Part shown: positions 50,131 to 63,894 of the stretch, one piece after another
Position numbering within the stretch: the first letter of the stretch is position 1
Layout: each line of letters begins with the position of its first letter
Source: Mobula hypostoma
Lineage: Eukaryota
Assembly: GCF_963921235.1 (NCBI RefSeq)
Contig: NC_086110.1
Span: 32,550,001-32,614,000 of the forward strand
Direction: 5' to 3'
Length of the DNA: 64,000 bases
Position numbers and translations under genes: made by a program
The notes under the pieces: model-generated
Seen by the model: only the letters and a program-made list of their open reading frames with translations
Told to the model about the DNA's origin: nothing
The model's database searches: none

Positions 50131-51569
50131 CTTCACACCACTGGCCATTATAAACTATGCCCACCACACATTTTTGCTTGAATTCTGAAGTGCGAACTTC
50201 AGGTCCGCGACTTTTCATCACAACTGAAAGGCTGTGGACCTGAAACGATAACTTTGCTCCTATCTCCACAGACGCTGCAGGATCTAATGAGTGTCTTATG
50301 TAGTTTAGCTTCATGCCAATTACAGTGTATTTAACTAGGCAGGTAATTGACTGGGAACACATCAACAGTTGAAATTGAGCGGCAGAATCCCATCCACCTG
50401 TTACTGCCACGTTATACAGTGTATCTAAATAATATATTTTAGTAAGAACCAGACTACACTTTTAAGGAAAATGGACACATTTCAGTTTGCCCAAACTGGA
50501 CAGGTTAAATGGACAGTAGGGAAATAGGTGTTTAATTCATATGATAAACGTCTTCAATCAATTCCTCTGCAAGTTGCAGATAAAGCGAATAATTTTGCAG
50601 TATGCTAATATTGGAAGACAAGGTTTCTTAGTAATGTCAGTAGAATATTTTGACTACATTTCCTGAACTCTATTCTTATTCGTCTTGTCAGTGATTCTGG
50701 AAAAGCTGCACAAAAAGAAATGCCAAAAGAAGGTGGTGATGATAGGCCATAGCAAGATTGAATCACATCAGTCCCTGGTATACATGGTATTAACTTTTAG
50801 AGAATTCCACTATTAATAATAAATGAAGGAACAATCAAATCTTGAATTAAGCTGAGTGGTCCACATTTGGTTTCATGTTGGTGTTGGATCAACAGGATGT
50901 CTTGGGGACAATACTTCCATCAAGCTGTTAAGGAAATTGGAATTAAATAAAATATGAAAATGTTGGGCTTGTAATTGAGAAAGCAATCTGTATGAAATAT
51001 CATGTAACCCACCAGTTTACAGTTTGCTTCACAGCCATTTAGATCCTGAGCTGGGTTTATTTGAACTGGTATTCACTTGACTTTTCGATGCATATATGTG
51101 TACTTACAGTGTAATTTTTCAAGAGTTAAATTTATTTCTTTTGACTAGCAAAATAATTGGAATATATTCAACCAAATTTCAACAATTATTTAATTTATAT
51201 GAGAGTGTCTTAAGTAATGTTAAATTTAAGAAGAATGCTGCAATAGTCGGGGCTTTCCCTGCATGGGATGACATCATAGTTTTTCTCTCTACTGCTCATG
51301 TGTGAAGTTCTTCACTCTGGTTCCTCCAGCTGGATGTCTTCTGCACTTTTCTGAAAGTCTTTACCTCTTTCCAGATGTGTCATACTTGGGGTTGTTTTTT
51401 GTGAGCTGAACAAATGATTTGTAAACTTCTGACACAATGCCTTTACTTTTCTATTTTGTTCTTTCATTTACGACCCCAATAACCCATGTGCTTTGTTATT
51501 AACTTTCTATGCTTTGAAAATTTCTGCATATGGGCATCAGTATCACAATACACATACTTTTAAAAAAAA

Positions 51570-52010
51570 TCATAGTTATAGCACAGAAACAGGCCCTTTG
51601 GCCCATCTAGTCCATGTTGAACCATTTAAGCTGGCTACTCCCATCGGCCTACTTTGGGACCAGAGCCCTCCATACCCCTACCATTCATGTACTTATCCAA
51701 ATTTCGCTTAAATGGATGAAATCGAGCTTGCATGCACCACTTGTGCTGGCAGTTCGTGCAATAATAACATGACCCTCTTGTTCCCTTTAAACTTTTCACC
51801 TTTCACCCTTAACCCATGATCTCTGGTTGTAGCCCCATCCAACCTCAGAAGCAAAAACCTGTTTGCATTTACCCTATCTACACCGCTCATTATTTTGTAT
51901 AGCTCTATCAAATCTCCTCTCAATGTTCTATGTTTCAAGGAATAAAGTCCTAACTTATTCAATATTTCCATGTAACTAAGGTTCTCCAGACCCAGCAACA
52001 TCCTTGTAAA
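51570..52010 (-). mobile_element. CR1/HER1 LINE 3' fragment
   Basis: Minus ORF LSYMEILNKLGLYSLKHRTLRGDLIELYKIMSGVDRV. Confidence 0.88.
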
Positions 52011-52769
52011 TCATTTATACTATGCTGTTTTCAAATTTTTAAATTATTCCTGATGTGTTGCCTCATGTTTCTCTGTATGGGACATTATCTGCCTTGCTTT
52101 TGAACCAATCAAAATCATGTCCTTGATATCTGAAGTCTGGGGTCTTTTTACCTCAGGTAAGTTATACTTGCCTGACAAGGAGGGAGAAATTGAAATTTGC
52201 TAAGTTTACTGTAAGGATAACTCATGTACAGTATGCCTACTAGTTTATTGTCCTATATTAAAAACTTCATACATTAACCATAGGAAAATACAGTGTGTGT
52301 AGAATATTATTTGTACATAATGTCATGAATTTTAAAAACTACAAAATGTAGCAGTGAAATTGTCTGCTAAAGATGGGCCTAATTTCCCTGAAATTAGAAG
52401 AATGAGAGGTAAATTAATTGAAGAGCTTAAAGGTATAGATGATGGCCATTATGTCTCTGAGTGGTAGAATTAGATGTCATGATCTCAGGATCAGGAGGAG
52501 ATGAAGAAATATGTACATTAGATTATAGTCTTTTGGTTAATTTCTACAATTTTCTTTACTTTAAAGTGCAATGCTTGCTGATTTTTTTTCTGTTTCTAAT
52601 ATAATTGATTTAGAGTCACAATATACAGCAGTGAAATTTTATTCTTAATAAAATAGCAGGTAAATTTTTTCCAGACATACAAACAAACTCAATGTGCCTA
52701 ACCAGTGGCATAAGTATATATTGAACAAGTAGGATTTGGGGAAGGTTCAAAGATAATTCCATTGAATGA

Positions 52770-53340
52770 GAAAATATGACTCATTATAGCAAGGCACTTA
52801 GAAATATTGAACGTAATTAGGCAAGGTCAGCATTGCTTTTGTGAACAAAAAGTCATGTTTGATCAATTTGTTGTAGTTCTTTGATAAAGAATGTGATACA
52901 CTTGGATTTCCGTGAGGCACTTGATAAGATACCCCATCAAAGGTTATTGCGGAAGATAAAAGCCCATGATGTAGGAAGTACTATATTGGTCTGGGTAGAA
53001 GACTGGGAAACAGGAAACAGAGTTGGTATCAATGAGACTTTTTCTGGTGGCAAGATGTATAATATAGTGTGCCACAGGGATCAATGCTGAGGTGTCAATG
53101 TTTTTCAATTTGTATAAATTACTTGTTGGTAGGTACTAAAATAAAAAGATTCAAGCATTTGCTGAAAACACACAGAGAGGCTTGAAAATGTGTTGTAAAG
53201 AGGAGCTGAGGCAATGAAAAGATATCAATAAGCTAAGTGAGTTTGGAAAGATCTGTGAAATGTAGCATAATGTTGGAAACTGAGATTGTCCTTTTATCAG
53301 GGATAAAAAGAAGCACTTTATTTAAATGGTGGAAGATTGC
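52770..53340 (+). mobile_element. CR1 LINE RT fragment
   Basis: VIHLDFREALDKIPHQRLLRKIKAH...WVEDW (RT domain relic). Confidence 0.8.
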
Positions 53341-55640
53341 ATGGCTGTGGACCTGGTCTGTTCGATCATGATAGGCAAGGAGAGAAGATTTTGAAGATGG
53401 CAACTTTTTGAAGATGGCATACTGTCCATGTAGTACCTGACGCAGAAAAGGTATCTAATTTCCCTATTACAAATACACCATATTATCCTCTCCATTAACA
53501 CACTCCCGGATGTGGATCATATTCCTGACCATGAATGGTAGGTAGCTGGTTGATTTCTCAATGTCTGGTGACATCTTTAAAGAGAAAATCTGAAGGATTT
53601 TTCATCCAGTATAGATGTGTGGTCTGAACAATGCTCCCATCAACACCACAACTCTTGCACAGTGTTCATTCTGATGCAGTGTTGTCACTACACAGTTTAT
53701 TTGGTGACCTGATAACATTTTCAACCCTGACAGAAGATCTATTTTTGGTTTTATTTGCACTGTCATTACAGTTGTTTGTTGTTATTGAATTAATTTACTA
53801 TAGCTTTAAGTTATGTAAGTTGGCAGTGGTGTGATGTGTCAGTTGCAGCCTTAGAGAAGTGGTTTCCACTTCACCTCTTTGTAGGACCAACAAGAGATCT
53901 GAAGCTCTGTGAAAGAGTTGTCTTTCGGAATAGTTGCAAATATTTGTCATCTTTCTGCTTACTCAAAAACAGCATTGTAGACACTGAAAATCTGAAAAGG
54001 ATCTGGTGCTTTAAAATGTAGGATTTAGCAAATTAAGTGCATTTCTGAAAAGAGAAGCCAACTTAACCTTTTATGTTTTGATGAAATGTCGCTGACCTGA
54101 AACATTAAGTTACTTTTCACTTCAGAATTCTGGATCTACCAAGTATTCTCAGTATTTAAAGTTTTCTCATTCAACTGGTGACTGAGAAGAAGTTGACGGG
54201 GTGCACTTTTTCAAGGTTCTGCTTCAGTTAGTCTGTTTACTGTGTGGGCCTTCAAATTATAAGCCAGACACAGTTATCATGGCTGCACTGAAGCACCTGG
54301 TTCAAGAAGTAGGCACATTTTACCAGTTCGCTGACCACTTCTCTGATTCATGTGAAGTTAAACTCAGAAGTGCAGTAGATGATGAGGAGGGCAGTAAAGC
54401 ATGATCAGATGAAAAGAACAGACTTGCTGAACATGAAATTTACCTAGTAGGTGACTAATATTCTTTGCTTTTCATAACTGCAGGTTTATAATCGATGAAG
54501 TACTTCTGAACTATATGCAGTGATGAAATAGAATATACCATAACCAACTTGTATATGACATGTCTGTGATTACATGTATCATTGTGATAGTAAATTACCA
54601 AGATTTAGCAAGAGAGGGACCTGAGGGATGATGCATATGCACAGATCTTATAAGGTGACGGGACAAGTTGAGAAGACATAGCTTTATCTATAGGCATTCT
54701 GGCCACCAAGACCCGTGAAGCTCTGTTAGCAGCAATCTTCAGCTTTCCTTTGTCAGTGCAAGTTTATTTCCCTCAGATGTTTGTTCCAGTAAACTCATCA
54801 ATTTTCTCCACTTCTTTGTAAGCAGTAAGTTTTGGATTATTAATATCTACAGAGAAAAGATGTTTTTTTTCCCTCACATTAGCTCTGTGTCTTTAAGCCA
54901 AGATGTTAAATCTCTGTCCCCTAGTCTTTGAATTAGCAGCTGATGGAAACAGCCTTTCTTTATCCACTATGTTTAAACCTGTCATAATCTTGTACATCTC
55001 TTTGAAATTGTATTGTCTCTCCCTTCTGCCAAAATGCTTCAACTCACATTTCTCTTTAATTAATTCCATCTGCCATTTGTATGTCCATTAAGCTACCCTA
55101 TCTTTTACCAAATTGCAATAGATTGCTACCACATTTGTGTTTTACAGTAAGCATGATACCATATGCATTGCTTAAATTTTATCTCTGTAAATTAATATTC
55201 AAGTTAGATTGATAGAGTACAAAAGCAAGCAAGTTTGCTAAAACTTTGCTGAACATGCAAAGTCCAAATCATGGCCATCATAGTTTGAGGCCGTAACATT
55301 CCTCCATGAGATAGATGGTGCTGACCAATATTTTAGAATTTTTCCAGGGCTGAAAAGTTTGGTGACACCATACGTGGTATATTGTATACATTTTGTCTCT
55401 TTACCTAATTAAGATAATAACTATCATGGAGAGAAATGCAGCAAAAAGGCATTAAACTGGTTCCAGAGATGGCAAGTTTGCCACGTGAAAAGAGATAGAG
55501 TAGGCTGAAACTGTGAGGAGCAACACACAAAATGCTGGAGGAACAGTTGATGTTTCGGGCCAAAACCCTTCCATAGATGCTGCCTCGTCTGCTGAGTTCT
55601 GCAGATTTTCTCTGTTAGGCTGGAACTGTATCCTCTAGGG

Positions 55641-56395
55641 CAGGGGTCCCCAACCTTTTTTCCACCACGGACCGGTTTAATATTGACAATATTCTTGTGG
55701 ACCAGCCGACCGGGCGGGGGGGGTGGAGGGGGTTCAAGTAGGGTTAAACTCACCTCAACATGTCTTTTACAGTTAGGGTTGCCAACTTTCTCACTCCCAA
55801 ATAAGGGACAAAAGTAGCAGTCAAACACGGGACACTTGTGTTTACCCCGAGAAAGACTACCATGACCATGAAGTCTTGTGTGGGCACCTGTGTGCGCATG
55901 TGTGTACGTGCCGATTTTTTTTCCACAAATTGGTTTTGGCTTAATCTTCCAGACTACACTGTACATACATTATTTCTACTTTATATAGGCTGTGTATTTA
56001 TCATATCACTTCTGCTTTTACTACATATTAGTGTTACTTTAGGTTTTATGTGTTATTTGGTATGATTTGGTAGGTTAATTTTTGGGTCTGGGCATGCTGA
56101 AAAATTTTTCCCATATAAATTAATGGTAATTGCTTCTTCGCTTTATGCCATTTCGGCATGAAAGGTTTCATAGGAACGCTGTACCTTAGCGGGGGAAATA
56201 TGGGATAAGGGCGGTCTTGTATGGGACAAACCAATTTAGCCCAATATACGGGATGTCCCGGTAAATATGGGACAGTTGGCAACCCTATGTTCAAGTTCAA
56301 CAGTGCGTGACAGGGAATGAGGAAAGGTGCAGCTGACTCATATCGTTTCCTCGCGGCCCGGTACTGGTCCGCGGCCTGGTGGGTGGGGACCACTG
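55641..56395. mobile_element. hAT (Charlie-like) MITE carrying a nested TAGGG-ended hAT element (55739-56287), which contains a Tigger 3' fragment
   Basis: Outer TIRs and body match 25490-25674. Inner element tagggtt...agttggcaacccta has 8-bp TSD (g/t)gttcaag. Segment ~55955-56197 matches the Tigger end at ~6215-6617. Confidence 0.85.
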
Positions 56396-56403
56396 CTCTC
56401 AGG

Positions 56404-56480
56404 CAGGGGTTCCAAACCTGGGATCCAGGGACCCTTGATTCCTGGAAAGGTCATGGCATTAAAAAGGTTGGGAACCCCTG
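56404..56480. mobile_element. Tiny hAT MITE (77 bp)
   Basis: TIRs caggggttccaaacc / ggttgggaacccctg; flanks ctctcagg and ctctagag. Confidence 0.75.
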
Positions 56481-56594
56481 CTCTAGAGTTTGGAAAAATG
56501 AGATGAAATCTTGTCGAAATTTGCAAAATTATTAAAAGGTTTGACAGTAAATGAAGGGACGATGTTTCGCCTGGCTGAGGAGACTTGGAACAAA

Positions 56595-57230
56595 CTATGC
56601 AAGTTGATAGAGTTGTTGAGAAAGGTATGGTGTGTTGGCTTTCATTAGTCAGAGGATTCAAGTTCAAGAGCACGGGGTAATGTTGCAGCTCTATGAAACC
56701 CGAGTTAGACCGCACTTGGAATATTGTGTTCAGTTCTGGTCGCCTCATTATTGGAAGGATGTGGAAGCTTTAAAGAGGGTGCAGAGGAAATTACCAGGAT
56801 GATGCCTAGATTAGACAGCATGTCTTAGTTGAGTGAGCTAGGGCTTTTCTCCTTGGAGTGGAGGAGGATGAGAAGTGACTTGATAGAAATGTACAAGATA
56901 ATAAGAGGTATAGATTGAGTGGATAGCCAGAGTCTCTTTTTCCAGGGTAGAAATGGAATGGGGGCATAACTTTAAGGGTGTTTGGAGGAGTGTCAGAGGT
57001 AAGTTTTTTTTTGCACAGTGGTGAGCACTTGGAATACCCTACCACAGATGGTGGTAGAGGCAATTATATTAGGGACATTTAAGAAACTCTTAGATAAGTG
57101 CATGGATGATAGAAAAATGGAGAACTATGTAGGAGGGAAGGGTTGGGTTTATCTTTTAGTTTAAAACGTCGGCACAACATTGTGGTTTGAAGGGCCTTTA
57201 CTGTGCTATAATTTTCTGTGTTCTACTGTA
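56595..57230 (+). mobile_element. CR1/HER1 LINE 3' fragment
   Basis: cacttggaatattgtgttcagttctggtcgcctcat (HLEYCVQFWSPH) and CR1 3' UTR. Confidence 0.88.
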
Positions 57231-57599
57231 TGTAAATTGCAAAGAAGATGACACAAGGAAGATATGTTAGGTGGCAAGTATCTACTCTTTAAGTGGGATT
57301 GGTACATGGAGGTAAAACATATACCATGCTCCAAGAGAAGTGAGGTGATGGCCTAATTGTATAGATCTTCCAAAGAGCTATCAGCAACAATAGATTGAGA
57401 GGCCTCATATTTGGTATCAATTTACTTTCAGTAGATCATAAAAATACAGTATATTAAATACGTTGTTTTGTTATATGGTACTGCCACCACATAACACTTA
57501 ACATTTAAATCTGGGCAATCATACAAGGCAATGGGCCATCAGCAACAGCAAGATTATAAATCCCCAGAATCTGCAAACCTGTGGTCCATTATATACCCA

Positions 57600-58700
57600 C
57601 TGCTGTGCTCTTCTTCCCTTAGGCAATCCCTAGAATGCATGATGACTGCTTTGTACTTGAGTTGTGATGGTTCTGAAGTGGCTGATACAGTCACCATGGG
57701 ATCTGTAGAGTCTACCTGGAGCAGCTAAGTATGACATTTGGGAGATGTGCTATTTCTGCTATTTATTCTGGGGTTCTGGGGAAACTAGGATTCTCAAGGA
57801 AAATCAGAAAGCTGCTCCGTTTTGAGTTGTCAGGACCAAACATTTCCATGTGTTGATGGGGATGTTACTCTTCAAATGAGGCCTTCTTTATCTATTTCCT
57901 CTGTCTACCTGATAAAATGTTTTGAAAATGAAGCTCAGAGTAGAACGTATATTTTGGTAATCTGAGGGTAGACTAGTAGTTGAGTGTATTTAGGGATCTT
58001 GGCCTAGGACTGCGTGCTAAGATGTATCTTCCTCATGGATTTGGAGGATTTTATGAAGATTGTTATATTTATGGTGTCCCAGAGATTCTCTTACATGTCC
58101 TCTTCTCAGATGTGGAAAATGAGGTTGTGAACTTACAACCAACAAGTTGAGAATTCCAGCAGGGATGCTGTCTGCCACTGTCATCTTATTTTGTAACTGG
58201 CATATGGTCTTTTTGACTTTGTTAGTCAGGGTTAGGAGTGAGGATGAACTGGATAGTTGGCTATGAAATGAAATTGTGGACAGGGGCCTTTGAAGTGGGC
58301 TCTGACTCTTAACAGAATGAGCCCTAAGATATGTGTCTTGTGCACTGGACTGCTCTGAAGAATCCTGAATCCACTGGTTATTTGACATTTGCCAAACTTC
58401 CTGTACTCTTTCCACTCAGTTTTCATGAAAAGTGAGGTTGAGATGGTGGCTTGTTAATGTGATTTTACCTTTTGCATCCATTTACTGGGAAACAACAACC
58501 TGCCTTGGTAGACTGATCTACCTACAGCATTGCTACTATCATGAAACAAGTTTTGGTTTAACAAATGTAGATGAAAATGACAGAGCAACCTATGAAGCTC
58601 CAGTACTGTTGTGTATATATATCATGGAATGTTGTTGCTCATTTGGCTCATCACACCCCTGGCAGCGGTTTGAAAATCCATTCTAATTAATTTGAGTTGC
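57600..58700 (-). mobile_element. Old LINE remnants, probably RTE
   Basis: Decayed minus relics (KVKKTICQLQNKMTVADSIPAGIL); family uncertain. Confidence 0.4.
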
Positions 58701-59449
58701 CAGCTTTTCTTCACCCCTATTTTACAAATGAGTCTTCTTTGTATCTACTTGTCTTTTGAAAGTTAAGAGATTTCATTGAACTACGCTTTCAGGTTGTAAT
58801 GTCCAGATCTGAGTAACTGTGTGAAATACTTTCTCCTCATTTTCACTTCTGTTCCTTTACTAGCTGTTTACTAAATTGTAAATGTGAAGATGCTCCAAGG
58901 ATTCTTGGTCAATTGTAAAATAATTTGGGAGGCTCTAAGATCTCCGATTCATAGTTACTGACCCATATGCAAAAGCAAATTGTTTTCTTCTGCTTTTGTC
59001 AACACTTTATAATTCATGTAGCTTTATTGATTCCCTCTTGAACTTCTTGGCTTCAAGGTATTTGGGAAAGGGGCATGACACTTCCATTAATGGGACAGTC
59101 TTAAATGAGTAGACAGGAGTTTGATGATTAGGGGGTGGGAGTTTTAAGCTTGAACTACACAGGATCAATTCTGAGAAGGTGGAGAATCCTAAGATTTTTC
59201 TACCCTGGAGGATTATTGAGGCTAAATCATTGGGAGTATTTAAAGAGGAAGAAGAGAATCTTTGGAAGTTGGGGGAAATTGATGGCAATGGGACTGGTCC
59301 AGAAGAGGAGGTAAAGCATAGGGCAGATAAGACATGCTCATATTAAATGGCAGAAGGCCAAATGGCCTACTCCTCTCTTGTTTCCTGATTTTCTTATGTA
59401 AAAGGAATCCCTATCTAATCGTAGTTCTTCCATTATCCCTGGTTTCAGA

Positions 59450-60065
59450 ACAGGTAGGTAGTGAAGGCAGCAAATGCAATGTTCGCATTCATTTCAGGAG
59501 GACTAGAAGATATAAGTGAAGATGTAGATTTAGCATGGGTCAGGACCACATTTGGAATATAGTGAGTAATTTTGAGCCCTATGTCTAAGGAAAAATGTGC
59601 TGACCTTGGAGAAGGTTGAGAGGAGATTCACAAAAATGTTCTCATCAATGAAAGGCCTAACATGATAAGTGCTTGATGTCTTTGGGCTTGAACTCAATGG
59701 AGCTCAGAAAGATGAGGGAGGAATCTCATTCAAACCTACTGAACACTGAAAAACCTGGCTAGAGTGGGCGTGTAGAGGAAGTTTCCTTTCATAGGAGAGT
59801 CTAGGATACAATGGCACTTTAAAATTGAGGTGAGGAGGAGTTTCTTCAAAGAGTGGTGAATCTGTGGAATTCATTGCCCTGGAGGACTGTGGAGGCATTG
59901 GGTGTGTTTAAGGCAGAGATATTAATTTCTTGATTGCTAAGGTGGGTGGGAGGAGGAGTTAAAAGTTATGCAGAGAAGGTGAGTGAATGGGATTTAAAAC
60001 AGCCATCGTGATGGAATGGCTGAATAGATTGGAATAGGTTGAATGGCCTAATTCTGTCCTTATAT
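59450..60065 (+). mobile_element. CR1/HER1 LINE 3' fragment
   Basis: gtggtgaatctgtggaattcattgccc (VVNLWNSLP) and 3' tail aatggcctaattctg. Confidence 0.8.
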
Positions 60066-60669
60066 TAGTCATTCTGTACTCTGTTGAGGGATCTTGGTAT
60101 ACTCTGATGTTCGTGCCCAGAATCAGGTGCAAAAGTGTAGCATAAGCTTAGCTAAAGCTTTACAAAGAGCCATAGTGACAGACTAACGTCTGTGTTCAAA
60201 TTTGCTATTTTCCAAAAATCCCCTTTGTTATCTTAATAACTTGTCATGCCACAATCAAACATCTGTGAACTTGCTTCCTCTGATCCTTCTGTTCTTGTAT
60301 CCAACTCCCCCCACCCTATGCCAGCACAATCATTTTGTCTTAGATTGTGCAGCCATGCATGTTATATCTACCAAAGTGCATTACCTAGTGTCTATATGCA
60401 TTATTAAGCATCTCCTATATGTCCTACATGTCAATTCATTACATTGGTTGTCTTTATCCCGCTTGCCTGCTATTATCCTGTTCACTATTTACTGCATTGG
60501 CAAACTGATAACGAAGGATTATTGTATGCAACGAGGAAAGCAATGGTCCTAATACCCACTACTGGGATCCCACTGCCTCATTCTCTCCCATCAGAACAAC
60601 AGATATCTATGATAGTTTTGCTCCTCCTATACCTCAGTCAATTTTGTATGTTAAGTTCCAGCTATTAGT

Positions 60670-60855
60670 GTGGAAAATATTGGAAATGCTCAGCAGGTCA
60701 GGTGGCATCTGTGGACAGAGAAACAGAGTTAATGTTTCAGGTTGGCAATTGAAGTATTGACTGCATTTCTCTTTCCACAAATGCTGCCTGACCTGTAGAA
60801 TATTAACAGTAGTTTTTGTTTTCTATTTCAATATTCCAATATCTGCAGTGTTTCT
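60670..60855. mobile_element. Older fold-back Penelope-derived repeat
   Basis: ctcagcaggtcaggtggcatctgtgg ... ccacaaatgctgcctgacctg inverted arms. Confidence 0.55.
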
Positions 60856-61969
60856 TTCTTTTCATTATTATAATGCAAATACTTTCCTATTTAATGAATT
60901 AAATTGTCATGACATACTTTCATGATTTGTCTTTGAAAGTCCATAAATGCAACATCCTTTGGGGTACCTATATTAGATCTATCCATTATTTTACCACTTA
61001 GATCAATCAGTATAATCTTTAGTTAGTATGTTTAGTATAAGGGCTGTGCTTTCATGTTCTTCAGTCAAGGAGTTGTTGACCTGGAGCTGCATTTTTATTG
61101 TACTGGGGGAACTTGGTCTTGAATTGGAGACAAACTCTCTTCTAGCAAAGATCATGACAACACCTCAGCATTTTAAATTTCTATTGAATAAAAGAACTCC
61201 AGTAAAACTGACATCAGTGGGATTTATGACAGAAAGCTCTGAAACTTGACAGAAAGGAAGACAATGTGAGACCATTTCTCAGCTCCAGGATATTTCTGTA
61301 TGAGGTCGTGAGGAGAGTGTCCAGTGCACTATCTTTCCATGTGTCATTTATTATATTTTATCTAGTTTAAAAGTCAGAAATAAAGATTGTCTGATGTTGT
61401 ACGGTGTCCATAACTATTTGAGTCACCCAGATAACTGGAGAGTAAGATGTGAATATCATCCAGTCTTGGGCAGATAAGTGCCAAGTAACTAACATTTATA
61501 CTGGGAGTGGCAGTCCATCTCTGGGGATCAAAACAGACTTTATGTTCAGTGTAGTTACAGTATTTCCCCCCCCATCCTCAACAACTTGCAGGTTATCAAT
61601 GATCAGAAACCTGAAATTGGACCAAGCATTTCGGTTATAGTGATGATGTGTGTATGTCAGAGGCAGGGTGTCCTGAGTGAATGGCTGTTTTCTCCAAAAA
61701 AAACATGTTAAATATTTATTCCATCTACTGTTTTGCACTGTTGTTGTAACATCCACATATCAAGACCCCTCCAAATTACAATGCACCTCCCAGATTCTTC
61801 ATTTGTACAATTCAGGCAGAGAAAGACTGAGGGGCACAAAGCAAGACCACGTTGAAATATTCCTTACACTGAGATTTGGACACATATTGCCATCTCTTTA
61901 TTATTGTTGTTCACAATTTGAAACTACATGTCTTAAAACTGTGGTAGAACTTTCATCACATGGAATATA

Positions 61970-62472
61970 CCCTCACTGTCCACTTTATTAGGGGCAGAAG
62001 TGGAATCCAGTGTGGGCTTCCTCAGCTGTAGTCCATCCACTTCAAGCTTTGACATGATGTGTGTTCAGAGATGCTTTTCTGCACACCTTTGTTGTAATGT
62101 GTGGTTATTTGAGTTACAGTTGTCTTCCTGTCAGTTTGAACCAGTTTGGTATTTCTACTCTGATCTTTCTTATTAACAAGTTTTTATTGTCCGGAGAACT
62201 GCCACTCATTGGATATGTTTTGTTTCTCGTGCTATTCTCTGTAAATTCTAGAAACTGTGCATGAAAATCCCAAGAGAGCAGCAGTTTCTGAGATACTCAA
62301 ACCACCCTGGCACCATGGTCAATGCCACTCAGATTAGATTTCTTCCCCATTCTGAGCAACACTGAGCCTGTTGACCATACCTGCACTGAGTTGCTGGCAT
62401 ATGACTAGCTGATCAGATATTTGCATTAATGAGCATGTGTACAGGTGTATCTAGTAAAGTGGCCACGGAGTG
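61970..62472. mobile_element. Tc1/mariner-type non-autonomous element
   Basis: TA flanks; decayed TIRs ccctcactgtccactttattag / ctagtaaagtggccacggagtg. Confidence 0.7.
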
Positions 62473-62799
62473 TATGAGTTTATTAAGAAGGTAGCTAACT
62501 TGAGAATGAAGAGATAAATTGTATTTATTCCAATGTTTTCCTGACAAACATTTCATCCACTACCTTAAATGAACTGCTACATCTGGCTCTGTCCTAATGT
62601 GTGAAACATCTTATTCACATGTGTGTACAAACTCTGGAATTTCAGATATTCCTTTATTTTTTTTGCTGTCATGAAGGTGAACCCTGAAAATCTTCCCTGC
62701 AAACTACTAAGGTTAAGGACATTTTACGATTAGTTGCAAGAGGAGGATTCTTTTTATTGTGGTTTCCATAGGAACTAATGAACTAATGAAAAATGCAAT

Positions 62800-63460
62800 C
62801 TTGCTGAAAGAGTTAAAGGAATAAAAGCGAAAGCTGCAGAAGTTATACAGTCGTTTTTGGGGTAAAACACTAAAAGGGAAGGAATCCAACCATGGCTAAT
62901 AGGGATACTATTAGATCTATAGAAAAATAATAATTAATTCCAAGTAAAATGAACATGGATCAGGATTAGTAGCACTTTAGAATTCAACAAAAGGGACCAG
63001 GAGATTGACTAAGAGAGTGAGAATAGAATATAAGAGTAATTTAAAAGGAACATAAAAGTGAACTGTTGAAGTTTGACAAGTATAAGGAAGAAGATTGGAC
63101 CCAAAGTGTAGGTTCTTTACAGTAAGAAAAAGGATAATGGGGAGCAAAGAAATGGCTGAATAATTAAGCGATATTTTTGTTCTCTTTCATGAAAGACGAA
63201 AAAATAACTTCCCAGAAGTGTCAGGGAACCAAGGTTGTAATGAAGGGAGGAATTAAAGAAAATTAATATTAGAACAAAAATAGTGTTGAAAAAATTAATA
63301 GGACTGAAACCTGATATATCCCCAGGGTTTTATAATCTGTATCCCAGAGTACTAAAAGAGGTAGCTATGGATACAGAAAAGGCTTTGGTTGTCTTCTTCC
63401 AAAATTACATAGATATGGAATGTTCTTCGCAGATTGGAGGGTGTCAAATGTAACCACATT
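62800..63460 (+). mobile_element. CR1 LINE internal fragment (between endonuclease and RT)
   Basis: tatcccagagtactaaaagaggtagct (YPRVLKEVA) and gattggagggtgtcaaatgtaacc (DWRVSNVT). Confidence 0.75.
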
Positions 63461-63894
63461 ACAAGCCATCCCAGGATAACAAATAGGTTCCATATTGACG
63501 GATGCCTTTAAGGTGATTTTGGCTTTTAAATCAGAAAGTATATGAAAATCACTTGATATTTTCTAACCATACCTTCATAGTAGTATAATAAATGACATCA
63601 AAAACTTATAAGGTTGAGTTAGAAAAAAGCAGTAACTAAAAGTGGAGAGAGACAGAGAGGAAACTCGTGCAGTTCATAGGATTGGAAGTATTTACATGTG
63701 TTGAACTTTGGAGTATGGTAATAGGGAAATTGTTTGCATGTGCAAATGTCTATAAATTGTACATTTGTGACCTGAAGATGGTCTGTATTTAAATGGGAAG
63801 TGAGAGGAAACACGTAAGATAGGACTAACTACCAAGAAAACTGCTTTTCCCCCTTATGAAGGATTTAATAACTAGACACTTAAACAATATCGAC

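Noticed and set aside
48468-50410. Long ORFs (up to 222 aa) across the ZNF423 island
   Set aside because: Low-complexity, run through microsatellites, no domain similarity
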